NCBI GenBank assembly: GCA_934122275.1
Contig: CAKOWI010000003.1
Coordinates: 29,952 to 93,951 of the forward strand
Source of the DNA: an uncultured Bacilli bacterium
GTDB taxonomy: Bacteria > Bacillota_I > Bacilli_A > RF39 > UBA660
Direction: 5' to 3'
Length of the DNA: 64,000 nt
Position 1 is the stretch's first letter; every line of letters starts with the position of its first letter. The position numbers were made by a program, and so were the translations under genes. Positions 9,745 through 19,181 of this stretch are shown one piece after another. Below the pieces are notes generated by a model, which did not search any database, had not been told where the DNA came from, and worked only from the letters and a program-made list of their open reading frames with translations.

Positions 9745-10521
9745 TTAATTATTTTTTATTTCAATTTCAAATGTTCTTATATTAAATCCACCTTGTTTTT
9801 TATAATAATAATTTATTAAACTTTCTATATTTTTATACATATTAGCTGGTTTATCAATCTCAAAACACTTTATATATAATTTAATAAACTCATCTTCTGG
9901 TAATTTAAATACATGATATTTTCTTCTATACTCCTTATCGGTGAGTATCTTATATACCTTTACTTTAGGTAATTTTGGAAGTGCTAAAAACTCAGCATAC
10001 ATATCATAAATACTATCAAGTAAAGAATAATATATTAAGTTAAACTGTGGATTATTTTCTTTTAAAGCAACCTTTAGTTTATCTAAATAATTCCATAAAT
10101 AATAATTATTTTTATCTAATCCATATGATCCTATCTCATTAAAAGGTTTATCTATATATTCTAAAGCCTTATCTTGAAGATACTTTACCGTACCATCAGT
10201 ATCATATATTATTTTCCCGTATGCAAATATCATTGCAGTAAACTGTTTATTTTCCTTAAATTCATATTCCATACAGTTAATTATTTTATATTTAGTATTC
10301 ATAAAGTACTCTACTAAATAACTATTAGAATCTATATCTCCCATTTTAGAATAATTACATCCATCTTTTAATACAAGATAAACATTTATGCTAGAAGAAT
10401 CATCATAATCATCTAATGCATAAGATCCATATAATACTGCTCCAATAATATCATCGTCTTCTTCGTACTTTTTTAAAAATTCCTTAAGTGCTAGTTTCCA
10501 CTTTTCAACCAATGTAATCAC
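9745..10521 (-). CDS. Nucleotidyltransferase-domain protein
   Basis: GAVLYGSYALDDYDDSSSINVYLVL resembles the minimal NTase GS...D.D motif. Confidence 0.45.
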   Translation of the reverse strand: MITLVEKWKLALKEFLKKYEEDDDIIGAVLYGSYALDDYDDSSSINVYLVLKDGCNYSKMGDIDSNSYLVEYFMNTKYKIINCMEYEFKENKQFTAMIFAYGKIIYDTDGTVKYLQDKALEYIDKPFNEIGSYGLDKNNYYLWNYLDKLKVALKENNPQFNLIYYSLLDSIYDMYAEFLALPKLPKVKVYKILTDKEYRRKYHVFKLPEDEFIKLYIKCFEIDKPANMYKNIESLINYYYKKQGGFNIRTFEIEIKNN

Positions 10522-11080
10522 TCCTTTCTATGATTTTTCTTATTTTATTTAAGCAATCTTTATCATTTTCGTAACTGTATGTTGTTTCATCAGTCTCTTT
10601 AATCATATAAATAAAGTCATTAAATTTTACATATTTTAAACTTTCCACTTCTTCATCTTGCTTCTTAAATTCATTAATATTTTTTCTTGTTAATACAAAG
10701 AAATTATTCTTAAAGCAATTATTATTTGGCTGATTTTGTTTAACTCTATTTATGAACCTAATATTTTTCTCTGAAATATTTAATCCAATTTCCTCCTCTA
10801 GTTCATTTTTTGCAGCACATAAAGGTGTCACCCCAGAAGAAACATGACCACCTGGCACACATAGTTTTCCTGGATTACTATCTTTGCTTAAACTTCTTCT
10901 TTCTAATAATATTTCATCACCTTTTATAACAAAAATTCTAACCTCTTCATGATATAATAAATGTTTATGCACATAATCTCTTGTTTCTACTCGATTAGTT
11001 AAATTGCCATCTTCATCTAATACTTGCAATAATTCATCACAACTTTTATAAATACAAATCACCTCCAAAATAAAAAGCAC
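10505..11080 (-). CDS. NUDIX hydrolase (start codon uncertain)
   Basis: NUDIX box GGHVSSGVTPLCAAKNELEEEIGL. The track start (GTG at 11080) lies inside the T-box terminator stem. A strong GGAGGTG RBS at 11061-11067 has no in-frame ATG, GTG or TTG at normal spacing; an in-frame ATT lies 8 nt downstream. Confidence 0.65.
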   Translation of the reverse strand: MLFILEVICIYKSCDELLQVLDEDGNLTNRVETRDYVHKHLLYHEEVRIFVIKGDEILLERRSLSKDSNPGKLCVPGGHVSSGVTPLCAAKNELEEEIGLNISEKNIRFINRVKQNQPNNNCFKNNFFVLTRKNINEFKKQDEEVESLKYVKFNDFIYMIKETDETTYSYENDKDCLNKIRKIIERSDYIG

Positions 11081-11282
11081 ATCCTATAAAAGGAGTGCTT
11101 AAAACACGGTACCATCCTTACATTTAACTTAATTTGATAACGTGTTACTTCTAACACGGAAAGTCCCATTACAGGCTTCTGCTCAAAAGTAGTAATCTTA
11201 TAATTAGTTTATCTAACTTCCACCACTTGTTAAACTCTCTTTGAAACATCATCATAAAATCTTGTCTTTATCACTGCATTTA
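11072..11282 (-). promoter_or_regulatory. T-box riboswitch leader (Thr specifier ACU) with intrinsic terminator
   Basis: The minus strand shows AGAGAG...GTGGTGGAA (stem I), a specifier-loop ACU followed by A, the T-box sequence AAATGTAAGGATGGTACCGTG, then the terminator AAGCACTCC-TTTTAT-AGGATGTGCTT plus a U-run. Confidence 0.8.
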
Positions 11283-11289
11283 TACCAAA

Positions 11290-11318
11290 ATAATACTACA
11301 AAAAAATACAGAAGTCAA
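11290..11318 (-). promoter_or_regulatory. SigA-type promoter for the T-box leader (TTGACT-17-TATTAT)
   Basis: Read on the minus strand directly upstream of the leader. Confidence 0.5.
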
Positions 11319-11449
11319 TTACCTTATATGTAATAGTATAAGCTAATAAAGGCAACACTTTTAATAAATATAATTTCAAGTCTTTTTGGCACTATTAAAG
11401 TTTGATTGAATAATTAGATCATTAATAGTATAATATTTATGGTGATTAT

Positions 11450-12340
11450 ATGAATTCTAATAACAATTATACTTTATGGATTATTTTTATAGGATACTAT
11501 ATATCCTATTTAGTTTTTGGAGGATTAGTATCTTTCCTTATAGGATTTTCCGTTTTAGCTGTAACTATTTTAATGGTTACCATAAGAAATAGAATAAGAG
11601 AGAAAAAAGCATTTCAAAAGTTAAATTTTAATTTTGAATATATAAGAGAAATCCCAAATTATATAGACGTTAATGATATTATGTTTTTAACTCATACAAG
11701 TTTTTGGAGTAGCAAAAACATTAAACTAATAATAATGCAACTATATCTTAAGGGTGTAATAGAAATTAAAAATGAAAATGATAGAACAACTATAACAAAA
11801 TCAGATAAAAAATTTATGGTTTCTTATGCAGAAAAATATATATGTGATTATATAACCAGTGAAAATAAAGATAGCTTTAATTATGCTACTTATACCAATA
11901 TGGTAAAAAAGGATATATTAAATAAAGATCTTTCATATGATGAAAATGATTTAAGCCTTTTTAAATTTTACTTCTTCTTTAGTTCATTAATATTTATAGT
12001 CTTTGCCATTTTATATTGCTGGGTATATAGGTGGGATTTAAATGTCTCGGTAATGGTAGGATTTATATTACTTAACTTTCCAAGTGTATTCTTATCACAA
12101 ATAGATAAGATAACAAAAACATTAAATTTAAAATTTTCTGATAAAGGATGGGCATATAAATATATAATAAATGCTTATAAAAAATTTCTAAAAGATTTTA
12201 CACGAATGAATGAGTTAAAAAATACTGACTATCATTTATGGCAAAAACATCTTTTGTTTGCACAAGCCCTAAACATTAACTTAGACTATAGCAATTTACC
12301 TGATATTAATATGAATATCTTTGATGATAAAGGAAAATAG
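11450..12340 (+). CDS. Hypothetical membrane protein
   Basis: Transmembrane segments at the N-terminus and in the middle; no motif recognised. Confidence 0.45.
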   Translation: MNSNNNYTLWIIFIGYYISYLVFGGLVSFLIGFSVLAVTILMVTIRNRIREKKAFQKLNFNFEYIREIPNYIDVNDIMFLTHTSFWSSKNIKLIIMQLYLKGVIEIKNENDRTTITKSDKKFMVSYAEKYICDYITSENKDSFNYATYTNMVKKDILNKDLSYDENDLSLFKFYFFFSSLIFIVFAILYCWVYRWDLNVSVMVGFILLNFPSVFLSQIDKITKTLNLKFSDKGWAYKYIINAYKKFLKDFTRMNELKNTDYHLWQKHLLFAQALNINLDYSNLPDINMNIFDDKGK

Positions 12341-12356
12341 AGACTTTCTTAAGCCT

Positions 12357-13283
12357 CTATTTTCTATTATTTTCACCAATCATTTTAGTATCTACTGTTA
12401 ATTGTTTTATTCTTTCTATTATTCTAACTGCTTTTACTCTTTCTGATTTATTATTAGTTGTAATACTTAAGTGTTCTTCTAACTCTTTTAAATCTAAATT
12501 AGATGTTATAAAAGTAGGAAGACCTTCTTGCATTCTATATTGAAGTATTGTACCAAGTATCTCATCCCTACTCCAAGAAGTAACTCCTTCTGCACCCAAA
12601 TCATCAATTAAAAGAAGTTTTGCGTATTTAACCTCATTATACTTATCTTTAAATTCATCATTACTATTAGACTGAAAACTAGCTTTTAAACTTCTTAAAT
12701 ATTCTGGCCAATATATTATTACACTTTTATAACCATTTTTAGCAAGTTCATTAAACATTGCCGCTAGAAGATAAGTTTTCCCGCATCCGAAGTTACCATG
12801 CAAATATAATCCTTTACCAAAATTTCCTTTTTTATATTCTTTTATGTAATTTAAAATCCATTTAATTACTTTTTCTCTTTGCTTATCATCAGTATAAATA
12901 TCTTTTATTCTAGCTTCCTTTATTTCTCTTGGAATATCTATACTAGTAACGTTTTTTTGATATTTAGTTTCATCTATAAGCTTATTCTTATATCTACAAG
13001 CGACATAAGAAAAACTTAGTTTTCCATCCCTTAATATAGGAAAATAACAAAAACCATTCATACTATTTTTGCAAGTAAGAAGTCCTTTACAATTTTTACA
13101 ATTTTTATATTCTTTAACACTATCTTCTATGGATGATGTATATTTCATTAATTCATCATCACTTAAATTAATACTGTTTACTATCTTTTTAAATACTTCA
13201 TCTTTTAAAGCTTCATTATATGATACTTTTAACTTATAATTTAAGTCAGATACTTCTTTAATACTTTTAGATGCTCTTTCCAA
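12357..13283 (-). CDS. dnaI: Primosomal helicase loader DnaI
   Basis: N-terminal Cys cluster (CKNCKGLLTC), Walker A GNFGCGKTYLL and Walker B LLLIDDLG. Lies downstream of a dnaB/dnaD-type gene, as in Bacillus. Confidence 0.8.
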   Translation of the reverse strand: MERASKSIKEVSDLNYKLKVSYNEALKDEVFKKIVNSINLSDDELMKYTSSIEDSVKEYKNCKNCKGLLTCKNSMNGFCYFPILRDGKLSFSYVACRYKNKLIDETKYQKNVTSIDIPREIKEARIKDIYTDDKQREKVIKWILNYIKEYKKGNFGKGLYLHGNFGCGKTYLLAAMFNELAKNGYKSVIIYWPEYLRSLKASFQSNSNDEFKDKYNEVKYAKLLLIDDLGAEGVTSWSRDEILGTILQYRMQEGLPTFITSNLDLKELEEHLSITTNNKSERVKAVRIIERIKQLTVDTKMIGENNRK

Positions 13284-13297
13284 TTTTTACACCTTCT

Positions 13298-14596
13298 TTA
13301 CGAAAATTCTTTTAACATATCCTTAAGTGATTTTTCATCATCATAACTAATTTGTTCTTTTTTTATGTTCTGATTAAACCAATCTGGTAATATATCTTCT
13401 TTTGTAGATTTACTATTTCGAACCTGATTTTCTTGTTTTATCGATTTTTTATATTCTTTTTCTGCAGCTTTCATAGCTTCTAAAACAGTTTCTATTCCAA
13501 GCCTTTTCCACTGTGATGCTATAGTTTCTATATAACTCCTAGTTAATTTTTTATTATTTATTTTAAGTACATAATCAATTAATACATTAACTACACCTGG
13601 ATTAAGTTTAAAATCAGTTAGTAAAGATTCTAATAACGATAAATCCCTACTAGATGGTTTAGCACCATTACTTCTTCCTTTTAAGAAATTATATGGAGTT
13701 GTATTTTCAAATACGTATATCATTTTAGCTCTTTTATCATCCGAGCTAATTGGATTCTTTAAGTATTCAGGTTGATTTTTATATATCAAAGATGGAAGCT
13801 TATTTTCATTTTGATATTTATAATAATTCCTAACATTTCTTCTAAGCAAATTTTTATCTATTAAACCATTTTCTTTTATAGAGTTTAATATAGAAGATTT
13901 CATCTCTAAAGCATCCATATTATATACAAATGATAATTCATTTATTAATCTTTTAACTTCTCTACTAAACGTTTTTTGAGTAATAATGCCAGATGGAACA
14001 GATGAAATTAATAAATCAAAATCAAATGACTCATCAATACTTATAATACCCGTCTTGTTTACCCTCAAGTCCTCATTTAAATTATCATATCCAGTAGCTG
14101 GAACACTTTCAAATACATCACTAAATTTACATGTTATTTCTTCATATGAAGATAAATTAATTCTTGGAACTTTAAAGTACGATAATAAATCTTCATACTC
14201 TTTTTTTCCTATATTATTATACAAAACTATATTTAATATTGGGTGATTAAAAAATTCAGATGCTGATATTGGAGAGTATAATTCATAAACATAAGAATTT
14301 GATTCACCTTTTTTTATAAATGTCTTAACTAGTCCAATTGCTTCTAACTTCTTTCTAGCTGTTATTATTGCATCCATTTTTATCCTTAAGCTTGTCATTA
14401 GATGATGATGAGTATATTCATTAGATAAAAGTTCTGACTTATTTAAATCAGCCCATAAAGTATAATATAAACTAGTAGCTATACTGCCCATTATAGGTTG
14501 ATATAACATACTTATAATTTTTCTATCGTTATCGCTTAAAATAGTTCTATTAACTACTACAAAAGTATCAGCTGGTAAAATATTAATTTCTCTCAT
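13298..14596 (-). CDS. dnaB: Replication initiation and membrane attachment protein (Bacillus-type DnaB, DnaD-domain family)
   Basis: Position upstream of dnaI plus a DnaD-like C-terminal repeat (TRSYIETIASQWKRLGIETVLEAMKA). The ATG at 14596 follows a GAGGTGA RBS; the track start is a GTG inside that RBS. Confidence 0.65.
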   Translation of the reverse strand: MREINILPADTFVVVNRTILSDNDRKIISMLYQPIMGSIATSLYYTLWADLNKSELLSNEYTHHHLMTSLRIKMDAIITARKKLEAIGLVKTFIKKGESNSYVYELYSPISASEFFNHPILNIVLYNNIGKKEYEDLLSYFKVPRINLSSYEEITCKFSDVFESVPATGYDNLNEDLRVNKTGIISIDESFDFDLLISSVPSGIITQKTFSREVKRLINELSFVYNMDALEMKSSILNSIKENGLIDKNLLRRNVRNYYKYQNENKLPSLIYKNQPEYLKNPISSDDKRAKMIYVFENTTPYNFLKGRSNGAKPSSRDLSLLESLLTDFKLNPGVVNVLIDYVLKINNKKLTRSYIETIASQWKRLGIETVLEAMKAAEKEYKKSIKQENQVRNSKSTKEDILPDWFNQNIKKEQISYDDEKSLKDMLKEFS

Positions 14597-14678
14597 AGTA
14601 GTCACCTCTTAAATATATTTTAATCTATTTATGTTATTATTTCAAGAAAAAAGACTTGAATTCATCCATCAAGTCTAG

Positions 14679-15281
14679 TTATTTTAAATCATTAATTGCT
14701 TTTCTTAAGAAACCCTTTTTTGTTTTTTTACTTTCTATTATATAAAGTATAGATACAATTATGCTACCTAAAAATGCAACTAACATATCTTCCATTGTAT
14801 CTGATACACCAGTTTCTATAGAATGCTGAACATTCATCTTTAAAAATGTATCAGCTCCATACTCTAAAAACTCCCATAAAGATGCTATCATAAGGGTAAA
14901 CGATATTATAAAAATTACGTTAAATAACTTGTTCTTATCATTATAAACCTTAAGAAAATTCATTATTACAAGAGATAATATAGCTGTTAATATACCCGAT
15001 AAAAAATGTGCGAATAAATCATACCACCAAACTTTATTGTATAAATTAACAACACTTCCAACAAAATGAGCTAATATAATAAATATTACATAAACAAACT
15101 CCATATTATCAGTTATTTTAAATTTAAATATTTTGCCAAAAATTCTAGGTAGTAGAAAAACAAGTGGAACAGTAATATCAGAAAGAAGTCTATCATTGGC
15201 ACCTATGTTTAAATCCCTAACAAAGAAACATATTGATGCTAATGAAAATATGAATATTAAAGTATTATTTATCTTTTTCAT
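14679..15281 (-). CDS. Hypothetical integral membrane protein
   Basis: Six hydrophobic segments; no confident family. Confidence 0.45.
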   Translation of the reverse strand: MKKINNTLIFIFSLASICFFVRDLNIGANDRLLSDITVPLVFLLPRIFGKIFKFKITDNMEFVYVIFIILAHFVGSVVNLYNKVWWYDLFAHFLSGILTAILSLVIMNFLKVYNDKNKLFNVIFIISFTLMIASLWEFLEYGADTFLKMNVQHSIETGVSDTMEDMLVAFLGSIIVSILYIIESKKTKKGFLRKAINDLK

Positions 15282-15293
15282 AACAAATCATCT

Positions 15294-16292
15294 CTATTTA
15301 TTATTTTTAACATAGTTATAGGCATCAAGACACATCTCTTCAATACCTTTTTTAGCCTTCCAACCTAATTTTTCATATGCATATGAAGGATCAGAATAGC
15401 AAGCATCTATATCACCTGGTCTTCTTTCTTTTATCTCATAATTTACCTTTATATCATTTACCCTCATAAACGTATTAACTAAATCTAAAACACTATATCC
15501 ATTACCAGTACCTAAATTATATGCATCACATCCACTTTCATTTAATACCTTTTTTATGGCCTTTACGTGTCCTTCTGCTAAATCAACAACATGTATATAA
15601 TCTCTTACACCAGTACCATCATGTGTATCATAATCATTTCCAAATATTCCTAAACTCTTTAATTCACCAGTTGCAACCTTTATTATGTATGGCATCAAAT
15701 TATTAGGTATACCATTTGGATTTTCTCCTATTAATCCAGATTTATGAGCTCCTATAGGATTAAAATATCTAAGTATCGCAATACTCCATTCATTATCAGA
15801 TTTATATAAATCCCTTAAAATACCCTCTATAATCAACTTAGTTGCACCATAAGGATTTGTAGTTGATAGTGGAAAATCCTCCTTTATAGGAAGCTTATGT
15901 GGCTTTCCATACACAGTAGCACTTGATGAAAATACTATTTTTTTAACATTATGTTCACCAGCAACTTCTAATAAACTTAATGTAGAATCAATATTATTTC
16001 TATAATACATTAATGGTTTCATAACAGACTCACCAACAGCCTTATATCCAGCAAAATGAATTATAGCATCTATTTTATGTTCATCAAAAATCTTATTTAA
16101 TAGATCCTTATCTCTAACATCTCCTTCATAAAAAGTTACTTTCTTACTTGTGATTTTTTCAATCATATCCACAACTTCTCTTTTGGAATTAGATAAATTA
16201 TCTATTATAACTATATCATATCCACTTTCTATTAAAGATACACAAGTATGACTACCAATATAACCAGTACCACCAGTTACTAATATTTTCAT
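15294..16292 (-). CDS. galE: UDP-glucose 4-epimerase
   Basis: MKILVTGGTGYIGSH Rossmann motif, YGATK catalytic motif, 332 aa. Confidence 0.9.
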   Translation of the reverse strand: MKILVTGGTGYIGSHTCVSLIESGYDIVIIDNLSNSKREVVDMIEKITSKKVTFYEGDVRDKDLLNKIFDEHKIDAIIHFAGYKAVGESVMKPLMYYRNNIDSTLSLLEVAGEHNVKKIVFSSSATVYGKPHKLPIKEDFPLSTTNPYGATKLIIEGILRDLYKSDNEWSIAILRYFNPIGAHKSGLIGENPNGIPNNLMPYIIKVATGELKSLGIFGNDYDTHDGTGVRDYIHVVDLAEGHVKAIKKVLNESGCDAYNLGTGNGYSVLDLVNTFMRVNDIKVNYEIKERRPGDIDACYSDPSYAYEKLGWKAKKGIEEMCLDAYNYVKNNK

Positions 16293-16362
16293 TTATTATC
16301 ACCTCTATAATAATTATATCATGAAAAAAAGATTCTTTGAGAATCTTTTTAGTTAATTTTAC

Positions 16363-18135
16363 TTATTTTATCTGATTATTTATTATATCCTGTATTTCTT
16401 TTTTGCATCCTTGTGTTATTTGTTTATAATAGCTTTCAGTTATTACCTTTTTATTTTCTGTATATGTATAGGTTTTATCCTTAATAATATTAAATTTATC
16501 TTTATTTATATTCAACTTATCCAAACTTATATTACCTTCGAACATATGTCTTATATCAATTATACTTGAGGTATCAAAATTTCTTATATCAAGTTTTTTT
16601 AATTTAGGACAGCTACTAAACATGTGTACCATGGTAGTTACTTTTGGTGTACTAAAATAATTAGGATTTAAATCACTGCCTAAATCAAGTTCTTCTAATT
16701 GGCCACAGTTATAAAACATATGTTGCATGGTAGTTACTTTTGATGTATCAAATCTTAATTTTAATGCTTTTACAGAACTAGACGAAAACATAAATCCCAT
16801 AGTTATTACATTTGACGTATCCCATCCACTTAAATCAAGCACATCATAATCAGTTAAACGCGTATCAAAAAACATTCTTCCCATACTAGTTACGTTTGAT
16901 GTATTCCAACTTTCAATGCCACTTATCTTTTTAAGATTTTTACATTCGCCAAATACATATGTCATATTAGTAACTTTTTCTGTATTAAAACTGCTTACAT
17001 CTAACTCCGTTAAGTTTGTACAAGCCCAAAACATATGTGAAATACTATTAACATTTTTTGTAATAAACTTTGTCACATCGATATTAGTTATCGTTGAACA
17101 GCCAGCAAACATTTGCACCATTCCACCTACTTTTTCTGTATTAAAAGACGTTAATCCATTTATACTTTCCACTTTACTGCAGCCATGAAACATATAACTC
17201 ATAGTTGTTACATTATTAGTTTTAAAACCGCTTACGTCTAACGACTTTATTTTAGAACAACTATCAAACATACTTTGCATAGTTATTACATTATCAGTTT
17301 TAAAATGACTTACATCAAGTGATTCTAAAACTAAATTTCCCATAAACATATACGACATATCTGTTACATTTGATGTATCTAGTGTCTCTATACGTGTAAT
17401 TTTTTTTAGACTACTGTTGTTATTTTTATTAAATGAAAATAATTTACTTGAATTAGGATTAGCATATACTTTTTTTCTATTAAATGTTATATGAAATATA
17501 TACTTTCCTCTATTATTTGGATCATCTCTCAATATTCCCCATACAGTTCCATTTCCATTTGCACTTATGTCTTCCTTAAGCACCCAATCACCGTCAGTAG
17601 GTTCTGCTGTTTCTTTATAAAATACAACCTCTGTTATATCTCCCGTATAGCCTGATAGCTTATTTTGTAAATCTGGTCCAGTTGTTAAAACTGCTATTCC
17701 AGACTTAATATATAATTTATAAGTTAATTCTTTTCCTAAATATTTACCATCTTTTAACCCGAATACTGTTGAATCACGATCTTTATATTTAAAAGTTAAT
17801 ACTGAGTACATTTCACTACCTATAGTTTGAGTGTCTTTAACTACTTTTGATACTGTAAGATTGCTTCCTATCTTCCTTAGAAAAGAATTATTAAGACTAT
17901 TTGTAGAATCTTTTTCTATACAGTTATTTAAATTTTCTTCTATTGAACAATAATCTTTAACTAACCTTAATGTATATGTGCTTTCTGTAAATTGATTAGT
18001 TTGTATTTTTGCTCTTTTATATAATTTACTTACTGTGCTTACCGTTTGATAAAAATATAACATTGCAACACTAACTAGTGCAAAACTTACTATTAATTCT
18101 ACTAACGTTAATCCCTTTTCATTTAGTTTTTTCAT
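16363..18135 (-). CDS. Surface protein with a prepilin-type N-terminal methylation leader fused to BspA/DUF285-type leucine-rich repeats
   Basis: N-terminus MKKLNEKGLTLVELIVSFALVSVAMLYF. The C-terminal half carries about 10 repeats of the pattern LD(V/T)S.F.T..VT.M..MF..C..L typical of DUF285/BspA LRRs. Confidence 0.75.
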   Translation of the reverse strand: MKKLNEKGLTLVELIVSFALVSVAMLYFYQTVSTVSKLYKRAKIQTNQFTESTYTLRLVKDYCSIEENLNNCIEKDSTNSLNNSFLRKIGSNLTVSKVVKDTQTIGSEMYSVLTFKYKDRDSTVFGLKDGKYLGKELTYKLYIKSGIAVLTTGPDLQNKLSGYTGDITEVVFYKETAEPTDGDWVLKEDISANGNGTVWGILRDDPNNRGKYIFHITFNRKKVYANPNSSKLFSFNKNNNSSLKKITRIETLDTSNVTDMSYMFMGNLVLESLDVSHFKTDNVITMQSMFDSCSKIKSLDVSGFKTNNVTTMSYMFHGCSKVESINGLTSFNTEKVGGMVQMFAGCSTITNIDVTKFITKNVNSISHMFWACTNLTELDVSSFNTEKVTNMTYVFGECKNLKKISGIESWNTSNVTSMGRMFFDTRLTDYDVLDLSGWDTSNVITMGFMFSSSSVKALKLRFDTSKVTTMQHMFYNCGQLEELDLGSDLNPNYFSTPKVTTMVHMFSSCPKLKKLDIRNFDTSSIIDIRHMFEGNISLDKLNINKDKFNIIKDKTYTYTENKKVITESYYKQITQGCKKEIQDIINNQIK

Positions 18136-18180
18136 TAATTATCACTTCCTGTTGATAACTATATTTTTTACTACTTTACT

Positions 18181-18215
18181 TGTTTATAATATCATATTAC
18201 CCCCCCCCCGGTCAA
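18181..18215 (-). promoter_or_regulatory. Candidate promoter of the pilin-LRR gene: TTGACC, an 18-nt spacer containing G10, then TGATATTAT (extended -10)
   Basis: The minus strand reads TTGACCGGGGGGGGGGTAATATGATATTATAAACA, about 45-80 nt upstream of the ATG at 18135. Confidence 0.5.
18200..18209. repeat. Homopolymeric C10 (G10 on the gene strand) tract
   Basis: Counted directly from ...attac cccccccccg.... I noticed no other long G/C homopolymer in this AT-rich window. Confidence 0.95.
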
Positions 18216-18273
18216 TGATTTTGAAAAGCTGTGGATAACTTGGTGTGAATTTTTTGCCACATGTTTATTTTGC

Positions 18274-18299
18274 AAGAAAAAAAGAGTGAATCACTCTTT
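18274..18299 (-). terminator. Intrinsic terminator after the GNAT gene
   Basis: AAAGAGTG-ATT-CACTCTTT hairpin followed by a U-run on the minus strand. Confidence 0.65.
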
Positions 18300-18889
18300 T
18301 AGTATGTAACAATTTTACTTATTTTATTAGTTCTAGATAAAAAGTCTTCTTTTGTTAGAATTGTTTTATATTCATCTAACTTATTTCCTTGTTCACTAAT
18401 ATATGAATCCTTTATGATTTTGTATGGTTTAAAACCTAGTTTATTCATAACTCTTTTAGCTTTAATGTTTCCCTCTAGATAGCTAGAAATAATATTATCA
18501 TATCCAAGAGAAAATAAATATTCTATAACTTTTAAAGAAGCTTCTGGCATAAATCCATTTCCCCAATAACTAGGATGTATATTACCTGATATTTCTATAG
18601 TTTTATTATTATAATCTTCATATGTTGTTAATATATTTCCTATAGGATTATTATTTATGTATATTATCCAATCAAACATTTTTGCTTTTTTTATCTTATT
18701 ATAGTATGACTTAGAGCCCTTTTTAAATAATTCGTTTATCTTATTGTCATCCTGTTTAACTAACTTACATATATTATCAACGTTTTTTAGTTTATTAAAG
18801 TCATACTCATAAACCTTTAAAAAATCTTCTTTATTCCCCTTTTTAATTATCAAGCGATTTGTTCTTAATTCTAATACTTCATAATTCAT
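18299..18889 (-). CDS. GNAT family N-acetyltransferase (RimJ/RimL-like)
   Basis: RLIIKKG..., WGNGFMPEA and AKRVMNKLGF match the GNAT A/B motif pattern. The ATG at 18889 follows a GGTGGTGA RBS. Confidence 0.65.
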   Translation of the reverse strand: MNYEVLELRTNRLIIKKGNKEDFLKVYEYDFNKLKNVDNICKLVKQDDNKINELFKKGSKSYYNKIKKAKMFDWIIYINNNPIGNILTTYEDYNNKTIEISGNIHPSYWGNGFMPEASLKVIEYLFSLGYDNIISSYLEGNIKAKRVMNKLGFKPYKIIKDSYISEQGNKLDEYKTILTKEDFLSRTNKISKIVTY

Positions 18890-19020
18890 AACTGTCACCA
18901 CCTACTTAATAATTAATTAATCATTGGTTATTTATTATAGCTACTAATTTTTCAATAATCAAGCATTTTTATCAATTGTTAACAAAGTTTCAACTTTTTT
19001 AATTTTTTATCAAAAAAAGC

Positions 19021-19049
19021 TTGATAATGAGAGAATTTCTTGATATTAT
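19021..19049 (+). promoter_or_regulatory. Promoter for tRNA-Met (TTGATA-17-TATTAT)
   Basis: Read directly; the -10 element ends about 17 nt before the tRNA 5' end. Confidence 0.5.
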
Positions 19050-19066
19050 ATTAGTACAAGTTTCAT

Positions 19067-19143
19067 GGCGATGTAGCTCAGCTGGCTAGAGCATCCGGTT
19101 CATACCCGGAAGGTCGTGAGTTCGATCCTCACTGTCGCTACCA
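19067..19143 (+). tRNA. tRNA-Met (anticodon CAU), elongator type
   Basis: GGCGATGTAGCTCAGCTGGCTAGAGCATCCGGTTCATACCCGGAAGGTCGTGAGTTCGATCCTCACTGTCGCTACCA folds as a cloverleaf with D-arm GCTC/GAGC, anticodon stem CCGG/CCGG flanking the loop TTCATAC, T-arm GTGAG/CTCAC and an encoded CCA. It closely resembles the Bacillus elongator tRNA-Met as I recall it. A lysidine-modified tRNA-Ile2 cannot be fully excluded. Confidence 0.85.
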
Positions 19144-19157
19144 ATTGTGAATAACTA
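19138..19157 (+). repeat. Direct repeat copy 1 (attL-like): CTACCAATTGTGAATAACTA, covering the last 6 nt of tRNA-Met and 14 nt downstream
   Basis: Matches 21998-22017 at 19 of 20 positions. Confidence 0.8.
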
Positions 19158-19181
19158 ATTCAGAAATGGATTAGTTTTTTT
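19153..19181 (+). terminator. Intrinsic terminator after tRNA-Met
   Basis: AACTAATTC-AGAAAT-GGATTAGTT hairpin followed by a T-run. Confidence 0.6.

Noticed and set aside
14597-14605. N-terminal extensions in the ORF track that begin at a GTG. Affected genes include dnaB-type, GNAT, murC, scpB, the 28983 ORF, NUDIX, the 26986 ORF and Alg13.
   Set aside because: In each case the GTG lies within or immediately next to the Shine-Dalgarno sequence of a downstream ATG with proper spacing, so I used the downstream starts. NUDIX is the exception: its start remains unresolved.
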